The notes beneath the pieces are model-generated. The model did not search any database. It had not been told where the DNA came from and was given only the letters and a program-made list of their open reading frames with translations. Shown piece by piece: positions 37,534 to 46,038 of a DNA stretch of 64,000 nucleotides. The stretch covers positions 576,001-640,000 of the forward strand of contig CAXXKJ010000002.1 in assembly GCA_963675295.2 (NCBI GenBank), read 5' to 3'. The translations under genes were made by a program, and so were the position numbers. This DNA is from a bacterium (GTDB lineage Bacteria > Electryoneota > Electryoneia > Electryoneales > Electryoneaceae). The number at the start of each line of letters is the position of its first letter. The first letter of the stretch is position 1.

Positions 37534-39411
37534 ATGAACGGAGTTCGCATTGTACTTGCCGGGCTGGCGATGCTCGGCCTGGTGGCGGTGGGAACAGCTC
37601 AGCCGGACCTGGTCTGGATGGAAACCTATGGCAGCAGCAGTCATTCAAGCTATGACCTGTGTCAGACGCACAATGGCGATTTCATGCACCTCGCCCAGGC
37701 AAGCTATACGGGCGATACGGTGTATCGGCTCGCGCCGAATGGTGATGAAATCTGGCATAAAACCTATGGGGAAACAGGGAATTACGACCGCAACAATGAG
37801 ATTCTCGAACTGCCGAATGGGGACTTTCTGGTTGCTGGCTACGAATGGATTGACGATCAAAGTGCCTATGATGCCCGCCTGATTCGCATTAATCCGCACG
37901 GCGGGGTTGTCTGGACGCGGTACGTTGGCGCGGTGGATGGCACGGATTATGGGTATGCGATCGCTCGCAGCGCGACCGGCCGGATCTTCATGTCAGGGCA
38001 GATCTGGACGGGTATGTTCACGGAAGGCGGGATCTGGGAATTCGACGAAGATGGCAACCTGCTGAACACGATCAGCTTCATTCCCGACGGACACTCCGGT
38101 TCGATGAGCTTCAGCGACATCGAGGTGACGGCGGACAACCACCTGGTGATGGTTGGCGGCGGGTACTATGAGACGGACAATTGGGATGGCTGGATTCTGA
38201 AATCGACCATGGATGGAAGCATGGTCTGGGAGACGATTCTGAGCAGGCCCGACTGGAATCACTTCACGGAGATCCGTGAGGCGGACGATGGAACGTTGTA
38301 TTTCGCAGGCAACAGTGTCAGCGCGGATGGGGAGAACCGTCACCCGTGGCACGGCAAATTCAGCGCAACCGGAACCTTGCTCTTCAGCCATTTCTACGGA
38401 ATGGGTGACGGGAACCAGGCAAGCTATTTCTTGACTGTCAACAAGGATAGCGATGGAAACTGGCTGCTGGCGGGCCGTTACGAAGCCGATGGCTCATCGC
38501 ATGCGGACGCATTGCTGCTCAAGGTTGATCACACCGATGGCAGCACCATCTGGGACATCCTCGAAGGTGACCCCACGGTGGGAAGTGACGAAGGGTTCAG
38601 CGATGTCGCCGTGCTGCGCGACGGTTCGTTGATGGTTGCTGGCGATGGCGATTTTGGAGCTACGTCGCATCCGCCGTTCATCGCCCGCTACGGCACCGAA
38701 GAGCTGGCGCTGGTTGATGTTGAGGTTGACGGCGGATCCTTTGGCCAGTACATCGATCCCGAAGGTGGGGATCTGGTGTACGATGTGACCATCACCAACA
38801 CGTTGCCGACGGCACAGGTTGTCCAGGGCTGGACAGAAGCGATTCTGCCGAACGGGAGTTCGTACGCTGTGGCGATGGTTTCGCTCACCCTGGTACCTGG
38901 CAACACGAACTTCTACAACGACCTTGTTACCAGTGTTCCGGGAATGGCGCCGTCCGGGTACTACATGTTTCGTGTCAACCTCGGGCTGCATCCGTTTGTC
39001 TACACCAGCGACTCCTTCTGGTTCCGTAAGGAACCGGTTGCGATTGATGCGCACGAAACACCCCGTTCCAGCTGGGAACAGCTGGGTTGGGTGGAGCAGG
39101 CGACGGTGAGTGCGGATCTCGCGGATGTCGAGGCAACGCAACCGAGTGAGTTTTCCCTCTCCCACGTGTATCCGAACCCGTTCAACTCGACGGTTCACGT
39201 AAGCCTGCAGGTTCCACAGCAGGGCGAGGTGACGGTGGATATCGTCAACCTGCGGGGCCAGGTGGTCGGTCAGCTACATCACGGTCAACTGGCTGCTGGG
39301 GACCATGACTTCAGCTGGTCGGCGGATGGCGTGGCGAGCGGCGTGTACTTCCTGCGGGCAACAGCTGCGGGGCAGAAACAGCTACTCCGGAAGGTGGCAT
39401 TGGTCCGGTAG
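37534..39411 (+). CDS. Tandem paralog of 35921 with an extra Ig-like domain before the PNPFN tail
   Basis: Shared blocks (EIWHxTYGExGNYD, AYDARLIR, GRIFMxGQIWTG, GSDEGFSD, AGDGDF); insert YDVTITN...APSGYYMFRVNLG; VYPNPFN...KVALVR. Confidence 0.87.
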   Translation: MNGVRIVLAGLAMLGLVAVGTAQPDLVWMETYGSSSHSSYDLCQTHNGDFMHLAQASYTGDTVYRLAPNGDEIWHKTYGETGNYDRNNEILELPNGDFLVAGYEWIDDQSAYDARLIRINPHGGVVWTRYVGAVDGTDYGYAIARSATGRIFMSGQIWTGMFTEGGIWEFDEDGNLLNTISFIPDGHSGSMSFSDIEVTADNHLVMVGGGYYETDNWDGWILKSTMDGSMVWETILSRPDWNHFTEIREADDGTLYFAGNSVSADGENRHPWHGKFSATGTLLFSHFYGMGDGNQASYFLTVNKDSDGNWLLAGRYEADGSSHADALLLKVDHTDGSTIWDILEGDPTVGSDEGFSDVAVLRDGSLMVAGDGDFGATSHPPFIARYGTEELALVDVEVDGGSFGQYIDPEGGDLVYDVTITNTLPTAQVVQGWTEAILPNGSSYAVAMVSLTLVPGNTNFYNDLVTSVPGMAPSGYYMFRVNLGLHPFVYTSDSFWFRKEPVAIDAHETPRSSWEQLGWVEQATVSADLADVEATQPSEFSLSHVYPNPFNSTVHVSLQVPQQGEVTVDIVNLRGQVVGQLHHGQLAAGDHDFSWSADGVASGVYFLRATAAGQKQLLRKVALVR

Positions 39412-39423
39412 GAAGATAGTGCC

Positions 39424-39715
39424 CAGTGGTCAGTCGTCAGTGTTCAGTGAACTACAAGACAGCGGGGACAGGTGATGAGTTTGCCTGTCCCCGTTTTGTG
39501 TTGTGGCGGATGATCCCAGACATGAATGTCTAGTGCACGATGGTTTTTCCTCAGTCATCCATGACACCCGACTTGGACACAAACACACCAAGTCGGGCCA
39601 CACATCCATAGCCCATAGCCTATCGCCCAGCGCCAACAATTCGCTGGCTACAGACCGGTGACAGTAGTCCGCCGACCGCAGCCTATAGCGCACAGCCCGC
39701 TGACCGTAGCCGCGT
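39424..39715. repeat. Mosaic of heptamer tracts and three hairpin repeats between convergent genes
   Basis: CAGTNNT x4 (39424), GGGGACAGG..CCTGTCCCC (~39463-39491), GACATGAATGTC hairpin (39517-39538), family-B copy (39559-39601), heptamer tracts 39606-39715. Confidence 0.75.
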
Positions 39716-42130
39716 TTATTCATCCCGCAGCACGTCAGCCGGGCGGACCTGCGACAGGCGGTAGGACAGGGCAAGGACGAGGCTTACCGCCAGTACCAGC
39801 ACAACGCTCGCCGCAACGATCATCGGCAGCACGCCCGCGTCCACACGGAACGCGAACGTCGCCAGCCAGCGCTGGCTGATCACCCATGCAATCGGTCCGG
39901 CGATGGCGCTGGCGAAGATGATCAGACCGACGGTCTCACGGCTGAGCAATGTGAGGATGGAGGAAACCGACGCGCCGAGCGTTTTGCGGATCCCGATTTC
40001 CTTGCTGCGTTGCAGGACTTGCAGCACGGTGACCCCGGCGATGCCGAGCAGCGCGATCAGGATTGCGAGGCCGGCGGTGATCGCTACCAGGCTGTTCCAC
40101 CGTTTTTCTTCGCTGTACTGGGACGCGAGTTCATCTTCGACGTACCGCAGGTCGAACATCGCGTCCGGTACCCAGTTTTGCCACAATGCGCCCAGCGCGC
40201 TCACTGATTCCTGAACCTGACCCGGTTCCAGTCGGGCGAGGATCATGGTTGGCCGTGTGCCGTACTGGGAGATGGACATCGACCGGTTTTCGCTGTTCAG
40301 ATCGTCCCGGTCGAGCAGTAACGCCATTGGGTCGATCGGATCGTGCAGGCTGTGATAGTGGAAATCGGGGGTTACGCCCACGATCTGCGCGTTCCCGAAC
40401 ATAAACGGGATCGTCGCGCCGACGGGTGCGTCGAGTTCCATGTCCCGCACGAACGCCTCGTTGACAATCACCGCGCCGTGTTGTTCATCCGGACGGAAGT
40501 CGCGTCCCTGAATTACGGGAATGGTACAGGTTTCGAGGAAGTTGGGTGAGACGGTGTTCTGGTAGAACATGATCTCGGTCCCATCCTCCTGCGGATAGTA
40601 AATCTTGTTCCAGTGGTCACCGAAAGTGCAGGCCACGGCGGAAGCGCTGACCAGATCGATTGATCCCTCGCCGCCGGATTGCAGGCGTTGTGTGATGTCT
40701 TCCGCCAGCCCTTCCCGCGCGGTGGCATGCAGGGTAACCAGGTTGTCCGGCGTGTACCCGAGGTCGCGGTTGACGATGAAATTGAGCTGCAGCACCATCA
40801 CGGTTGTCACGGACCCGAGCAGGATGGTGACACCCAGTTGCAGGAGCAAAAGACCACGGCGGAATCCGCCCCGTCCACCGACACGCAGGCTGTTCTTCAG
40901 CGCGTTGAGGATCGGGTAGCGGGTCATCACCATCGCTGGATACAGCCCGGCGAGGGTGGTTGCCAGGGTCGCGGCTCCCAGCGCAATCAGGACGGTGGAG
41001 AAGCCGGCGTGCAGGGACAAAGCCGTGTCAGCGTAATTGTTGAACACCGGTAGAAGCAATTCCACCAGCAGCAGGGCCGGAATCAATGCACAGGCCACAA
41101 GGATCGCTGTCTCAAGCCAGAATTGCCGTCCCAGTTCGCCGCGTTGCGCACCGAGCACCTTGCGCACTCCGATTTCCCGCTGCCGGAAGGTGGACCGTCC
41201 GACGGTCAGGATCGCGTAGTTGATGCACGCCAGCAACAGGACCACCATCGCGATGACGGACAGAATGCCAACGGCCTGCGGGTTGCCATTGATGGTGTAC
41301 TTGCGCGGGTTGGAGAGGGTGAGGTGGACCTCGTTCAGCGGCTGCAGGATGTAGCGGCTGGGGTCACGTTTTCCACCTGCCGGCTCGCCGTCGGGCCGTG
41401 GCAGGGAGTGCAGCGCGGCTTCCACTGTAGCCATGTTGGCACCGGATTCGAGGCGCAGCCAGGTGTGTGAGAACACAACCTGCCACAGGTTGTCGTTCAT
41501 CGTGAGGAAGTAGTCTTCCTGCGTCGGGAAATACGCCAGCACCTCGTACTGCACGGTTTCGTTCGGCGCGGGATCCTCGAGCACGCCTTCAACGCGCATC
41601 GGCTGCAGCTCGTCGCCGTTGTCGACCAGCAGGGTGCGGCCGGTGACGTAGGTTTCGCCGAAGAACTTCATCGCCGCGCTACGGGTCAGCAGCAGGCCGT
41701 CCGGATTGTGCAGGAAGGTACTCGGGTCGCCCTCCAGCACGGTCGGGCGAAAGATGTCCATGAACGTCGAATCAGCGTATCGTACTTCCTGCCGCAGCAG
41801 AACATCACCTTGCCGGATCTGCGGATGGCGGCGGCTGAAATGTGTAATCGCGGCGATGCCAGGAACCTGCGAGAGATACTCCTTGTCCACCATGACCGAT
41901 ACCCACGGGAACGCCTGCTGGTCCTCCTCGTTCGGGTTCGGCTTGACCAGGACACGGTACACCTGGTCCGAACCGGGGATGTGCCGGTCCCAGGTCAGTT
42001 CATAGTGGATGTAGAGCGCAATCAGCAGGACAGCGCAGATACCCACCGCGAGCCCGACGAGGTTGAGTACGGTGTAGAAGCGGTTGCGCATCAGGTTACG
42101 GATGGCGGTGATGGTATAGCTGCGCCACAT
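39716..42130 (-). CDS. ABC transporter permease, duplicated MacB-PCD/FtsX type
   Basis: AIRNLMRN...LNLVGLAVG, REIGVRKVLGA, KEIGIRKTLGAS, PADVLRDE. Confidence 0.93.
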   Translation of the reverse strand: MWRSYTITAIRNLMRNRFYTVLNLVGLAVGICAVLLIALYIHYELTWDRHIPGSDQVYRVLVKPNPNEEDQQAFPWVSVMVDKEYLSQVPGIAAITHFSRRHPQIRQGDVLLRQEVRYADSTFMDIFRPTVLEGDPSTFLHNPDGLLLTRSAAMKFFGETYVTGRTLLVDNGDELQPMRVEGVLEDPAPNETVQYEVLAYFPTQEDYFLTMNDNLWQVVFSHTWLRLESGANMATVEAALHSLPRPDGEPAGGKRDPSRYILQPLNEVHLTLSNPRKYTINGNPQAVGILSVIAMVVLLLACINYAILTVGRSTFRQREIGVRKVLGAQRGELGRQFWLETAILVACALIPALLLVELLLPVFNNYADTALSLHAGFSTVLIALGAATLATTLAGLYPAMVMTRYPILNALKNSLRVGGRGGFRRGLLLLQLGVTILLGSVTTVMVLQLNFIVNRDLGYTPDNLVTLHATAREGLAEDITQRLQSGGEGSIDLVSASAVACTFGDHWNKIYYPQEDGTEIMFYQNTVSPNFLETCTIPVIQGRDFRPDEQHGAVIVNEAFVRDMELDAPVGATIPFMFGNAQIVGVTPDFHYHSLHDPIDPMALLLDRDDLNSENRSMSISQYGTRPTMILARLEPGQVQESVSALGALWQNWVPDAMFDLRYVEDELASQYSEEKRWNSLVAITAGLAILIALLGIAGVTVLQVLQRSKEIGIRKTLGASVSSILTLLSRETVGLIIFASAIAGPIAWVISQRWLATFAFRVDAGVLPMIVAASVVLVLAVSLVLALSYRLSQVRPADVLRDE

Positions 42131-42335
42131 GGTTCCCCCCTGGCAGCGGCAGGTTCTGTTTACGGGTACAACGGTTACCGTGATTCAGGCAAGTCCCGTG
42201 CCGGAGCTTGATTGTCGCCGGATGTGTTGACAGGACGCGGGAGTCGGGGAAGAGGTTACGGAATAGTGCGTTGTCGGGGGAGGTCAGTCGTGTCCGCACA
42301 CGACCGGCGGTGTCCGCCTGCGAACAGCCCGGGCG

Positions 42336-42497
42336 CTACTTCTTGTACGGCGCGATCAGGGCAAACAACAGCGCGAAGGGGCCGAACAGCAGCGCGAGGA
42401 ACGCCCACAGGCAGCCGCCACCCGATTTCTTGTTGCCGACGAAGAACGCGATGATCGAACACAGCAACCACAGGGGACTGAAGACGAGGATTTCCAT
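42336..42497 (-). CDS. Small 53-aa two-TM membrane protein (below the ORF-track cut-off)
   Basis: MEILVFSPLWLLCSIIAFFVGNKKSGGGCLWAFLALLFGPFALLFALIAPYKK; strong GC3 codon bias; WxFLxLLFGPFA motif. Confidence 0.75.
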   Translation of the reverse strand: MEILVFSPLWLLCSIIAFFVGNKKSGGGCLWAFLALLFGPFALLFALIAPYKK

Positions 42498-42542
42498 CGT
42501 TGTCTCATCTGTTACGGATCACTGAGTACAGGATTCAGGTAC

Positions 42543-42587
42543 CTGACCACTGACCACCGATCACTGTTAACTGGCTACTGAGAACTG
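42543..42587 (-). repeat. Heptamer tandem tract just after the kdsD stop
   Basis: ctgacca ctgacca ccgatca ctgttaa ctggcta ctgagaa ctg. Confidence 0.75.
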
Positions 42588-42594
42588 TCAGTCC

Positions 42595-43608
42595 TCACCG
42601 TCCCGGGCGGATTCCGGCGCGCACGAGGTCATGCAGACGGAGCATGCCGACGCATTTGCTGTCGCGGTCGATGACGGGCAGCACGGTAATCTGACGCGGC
42701 CGGTTTTCCATCAGCAGCAGTGCGTCGATGGCTTTTTCGTCCGCGAAAACGCAGGTCGGATTGACGCTCATCACCTGTTCGGCGGTAGCGTCCGGGAAAT
42801 CACGTCCCAGCTTTTCGAGGCCACGGCGCACGTCCCCGTCGGTGATGATTCCGAGCACGTGCTGCTTGTCGTCAATCACGGTCACGCCGCCGAGCGCGGT
42901 GCTGGTGAGTTGCGGCAGCACGTCGGTCATCGGGGTGTTTGGCGAGCAGGTCGGGTTGTCGTCCGCGCCGTGCATCAGGTCGGAAACATCCAGCAGCAAC
43001 TGCTTGCCGAGGCTGCCGCCGGGGTGATTCTTCGCGAAATCTTCTTCGGTGAAGCCGCGCAGTTGCATCAGGACGGCGTTGATCGCGTCGCCCATCAGCA
43101 TGGTGACGGTGGTCGAGCTGGTCGGGGCGAGGCCGATCGGGCAGGCTTCGCGTTCGACGCCGATATCGAGCCAGATGTCGGCCTGGCGCGCGATCCGGGA
43201 CGCTTCCTCGCCGACCATCGCGATGATGGTGGCATTTTTACGGCGCAAGGCGGGGATCAGTTCGCGGACTTCTTCCGTTTCGCCCGACTTGGAGATGAGG
43301 AAGACGATATCGCCCTCGGTGACCATGCCGAGGTCGCCGTGCGCGGCGTCGCTCGGGTGCAGGAACAGGGCGACTATGCCGGTGGAACGCAGGGTAGCGG
43401 CGATTTTCTGCGCGATCAGGCCGGACTTGCCCGCGCCGATGAGCACCACCTTGCCGTTGCTGTTCATGATCGCGTCAATGGTGTCGACGAAGCTCTGGCC
43501 GAGCCGTTTCCGGACTTTCTCCGCGGACGCGAGTTCGACGGAGAAGATTTCCTTACCGCGTGTGATGATGTCGTTGCTGGTCAACGGGGATTCCCTCACA
43601 TCTGCCAT
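42595..43608 (-). CDS. kdsD: Arabinose-5-phosphate isomerase, KdsD/KpsF/GutQ family (SIS + CBS pair)
   Basis: GAGKSG, KIAATLRSTG, HGDLG, SKSGET, APTSST, HPGGSLG, CBS GIITDGDVRR. Confidence 0.95.
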   Translation of the reverse strand: MADVRESPLTSNDIITRGKEIFSVELASAEKVRKRLGQSFVDTIDAIMNSNGKVVLIGAGKSGLIAQKIAATLRSTGIVALFLHPSDAAHGDLGMVTEGDIVFLISKSGETEEVRELIPALRRKNATIIAMVGEEASRIARQADIWLDIGVEREACPIGLAPTSSTTVTMLMGDAINAVLMQLRGFTEEDFAKNHPGGSLGKQLLLDVSDLMHGADDNPTCSPNTPMTDVLPQLTSTALGGVTVIDDKQHVLGIITDGDVRRGLEKLGRDFPDATAEQVMSVNPTCVFADEKAIDALLLMENRPRQITVLPVIDRDSKCVGMLRLHDLVRAGIRPGR

Positions 43609-43691
43609 GTCGGGGAAAGCATACGCACAGAGCCACGCCCGCGCAACAGGGTGGGGTTCAATAGACCAGCGATGTGGTACAACAGATTAGT

Positions 43692-45266
43692 CTACTTCGT
43701 TGTCTTAAACTCTGGCGTGATCTCAACTTGCGCTGGCTCATCGAATGGTGCGGCGACAATCCCATGCATGCGAGGCGGGTCACGGACAACATCGGTACCG
43801 CCAGTGACGGTTATCGGGAAGTAGGCTTGAATCGTATGCTGAGGATCGTCGGGGGAATATGCACCGGCACGGACGACGTAGTTGTATTCACCGCTTGCTG
43901 CATTTGCGGGGACATTTTGCCGTAGATCGGCCTCGTAGATACTATTCGCAGGTATGGTGATATCCGACCAGATACGCAAGGGCTCGCTGGGATAGCCATC
44001 TGGTCCTCGGACAATTACCCACACATCTGTAGTTATGTCAGAATCCGTGTTATTTGTCAACTCACCGTGCCAATAGAACCTTCCTGGTGCCGGAACGGAT
44101 GAGTCATTTCCATAGTTATTAACCGTTAAAGCCAAATCGGTTTGTTCACCGGTAAATTTAGCCACGAATACGTTTCTTTCGTATTCATTCTGAATTTCAC
44201 GTTCATAACTTCCAATAAGATAAAAATATCCGGAAGGATCTAGAATGATCAATGAATCGTAAAAGGTAATAAAATTATCATCATCAACGATAAAGGAATT
44301 TTCCCACAGTAATGTATATGATGCGTCATATCTTCTAATCGTCAAGGGTTCATATTGAAACGATCCCTCTACCGAGAAATAACCACCATCAGAAGTATAT
44401 GTTATCACCTTAGAGAATTCGCCATCGCCATAACTATGGATTAATTCACCATCGGGAGTAAAAGCTACGATAGAAGACACAGAATTTTCGGCCAGTGAAA
44501 AAACTCCTGAAAGATAAACATTACCATCAACGGCGATATCGCAACTACGAGCATACATGAGCAAGCCCGGAGGAGCTGGATACACTTGTTGAGTAGTGAA
44601 TAGACCATCAACATCATATGTTCTTAATAAAAGACGTACTGTATTATTATATGAATATATAATAGGCATGTATATATTACCGACAACATTCATAGCAACA
44701 TCGTTAACGTCAATAGCCTCTTGTTCTGATACAGAAAGAACATCCTGCCAAATAGTATTACCGTTACGATTCAATACTTCTACACAAGCCTGTGATCGGT
44801 TGAGAACGCCACCAGCATAGAAGTATCTGTCATAAAAGTCCGTATAGTGGAGATAGCTAGAACGATATGATGAATTCAGAATCCATGATAACTGAAACTG
44901 TTGTTGAGCTAACTCAATTAATCCTAATTGGCTACTAACATCCTGCTGGCTTAGGACGGCAGCGATTCCGTGACTTGAAAGCTCAAGACCTGCGGGGTAC
45001 TGATACTCGGGTTCTATGTGACCGATAGAGTGAAGCCCCGAATCGTCAATATGATAGTAAGCTGAGGTGCCATGAACGTTGCTGACGGAAAGGAACAAAG
45101 ATCCTGTCCGTAACAGCGTCGCACCTCCAAGAGTCTCAACCGAATCAGGACCTACAGTAATCTCCCACACAGGCTGCAGTTGAGCGTAAGCGGGTGCAAC
45201 AAGGACGAAAATGTACAGAGCAAAACTGAGCCGACAAATACGGTATCTTCTAATCAGGTCTCTCAT
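43692..45266 (-). CDS. AT-rich secreted protein: divergent propeller-like N-terminus plus C-terminal Ig-like domain, no PNPFN tail
   Basis: Signal peptide ending AYA-Q; C-terminal ELTNNT..DVWVIVRGPDG..VPANAASGEYNYVVRAG resembles the insert of the 37534 protein; start 45266 or 45278. Confidence 0.7.
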   Translation of the reverse strand: MRDLIRRYRICRLSFALYIFVLVAPAYAQLQPVWEITVGPDSVETLGGATLLRTGSLFLSVSNVHGTSAYYHIDDSGLHSIGHIEPEYQYPAGLELSSHGIAAVLSQQDVSSQLGLIELAQQQFQLSWILNSSYRSSYLHYTDFYDRYFYAGGVLNRSQACVEVLNRNGNTIWQDVLSVSEQEAIDVNDVAMNVVGNIYMPIIYSYNNTVRLLLRTYDVDGLFTTQQVYPAPPGLLMYARSCDIAVDGNVYLSGVFSLAENSVSSIVAFTPDGELIHSYGDGEFSKVITYTSDGGYFSVEGSFQYEPLTIRRYDASYTLLWENSFIVDDDNFITFYDSLIILDPSGYFYLIGSYEREIQNEYERNVFVAKFTGEQTDLALTVNNYGNDSSVPAPGRFYWHGELTNNTDSDITTDVWVIVRGPDGYPSEPLRIWSDITIPANSIYEADLRQNVPANAASGEYNYVVRAGAYSPDDPQHTIQAYFPITVTGGTDVVRDPPRMHGIVAAPFDEPAQVEITPEFKTTK

Positions 45267-45371
45267 GACAAGCTCCAAAAGAAAATTTGGCTTTTCAATG
45301 GTATTTGCACCTGTGAAATCGAGTTTGCAACGGGTAAAAGTACGGAGTTCAAGTTATCATTGCCATAGTCA

Positions 45372-45459
45372 GCCATGACACCCGACTTGGCAACGGCACC
45401 AAGCCGGGCCACACATCGGCCATGACACCCGACTTGGCAACGGCACCAAGCCGGGCCAC
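45372..45459 (+). repeat. Two identical tandem 41-bp family-B REP-like hairpins (47-bp period)
   Basis: GCCATGACACCCGACTTGGCAACGGCACCAAGCCGGGCCAC at 45372 and 45419; relatives at 39559 and 54630. Confidence 0.9.
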
Positions 45460-45661
45460 GCCTGCCGAACCACACACATCACCCTCTCATCCGGCTTGCC
45501 GAGGGTGTGGTTTCATGCCTATGCTCCCGTGCTCACCGGTCCGCGGTTCACGGGACCGGCCCGCGTGTCGTAACCCGAAAACCATGGAACTTGTCCGGTG
45601 CCTGTTGGATCGGTCCGGAGCTGCCGGCGTGGTCCGGCAACTGCAGGGGATGTTTGCGTCG

Positions 45662-45931
45662 ATGAAGAGCAAGACTGTCATCTTGCGAAACAAGCTGGGA
45701 TTGCATTTACGCCCGGCGAGCCGGATCGTGAAGATCTCCGGCAAATACCGCTCGACGAAGGTTGAGTTGGCGCGGGATGGTGAGTCGGTGAACGCGAAGA
45801 GCATTCTCGGGATCATGACGCTGGTTGCGGAGAGTGGCGCGGAAGTCGAGATTTCGTGTGACGGTCCGGACGAGGAAGCGTGTCTGGATGAGTTGGTGGA
45901 TCTGGTCAACAACAAGTTTTACGAAGAATAG
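45662..45931 (+). CDS. ptsH: Phosphocarrier protein HPr
   Basis: NKLGLHLRPAS (His15) and VNAKSILG (Ser46). Confidence 0.95.
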   Translation: MKSKTVILRNKLGLHLRPASRIVKISGKYRSTKVELARDGESVNAKSILGIMTLVAESGAEVEISCDGPDEEACLDELVDLVNNKFYEE

Positions 45932-46038
45932 CGCGGCTGTCTCAGTGTGTCCCCCCGGGGTTCTGGTACCCCTGCCATTGCCTCGAAAGCCTCGTATATT
46001 GCAAGCCGGGCGCAACCTGAAGAAGCGATAACCCACCC

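Noticed and set aside
8740-45000. Diversity-generating retroelement as the cause of the AT-rich variable segments
   Set aside because: No reverse transcriptase and no template/variable repeat pair differing at adenines in the window; the segments are much longer than typical DGR variable regions.
45372-45459. Tandem 41-bp repeats as a CRISPR array
   Set aside because: Only two units separated by 6 nt, with no unique spacers and no cas genes; dispersed single copies elsewhere fit a REP-like family.
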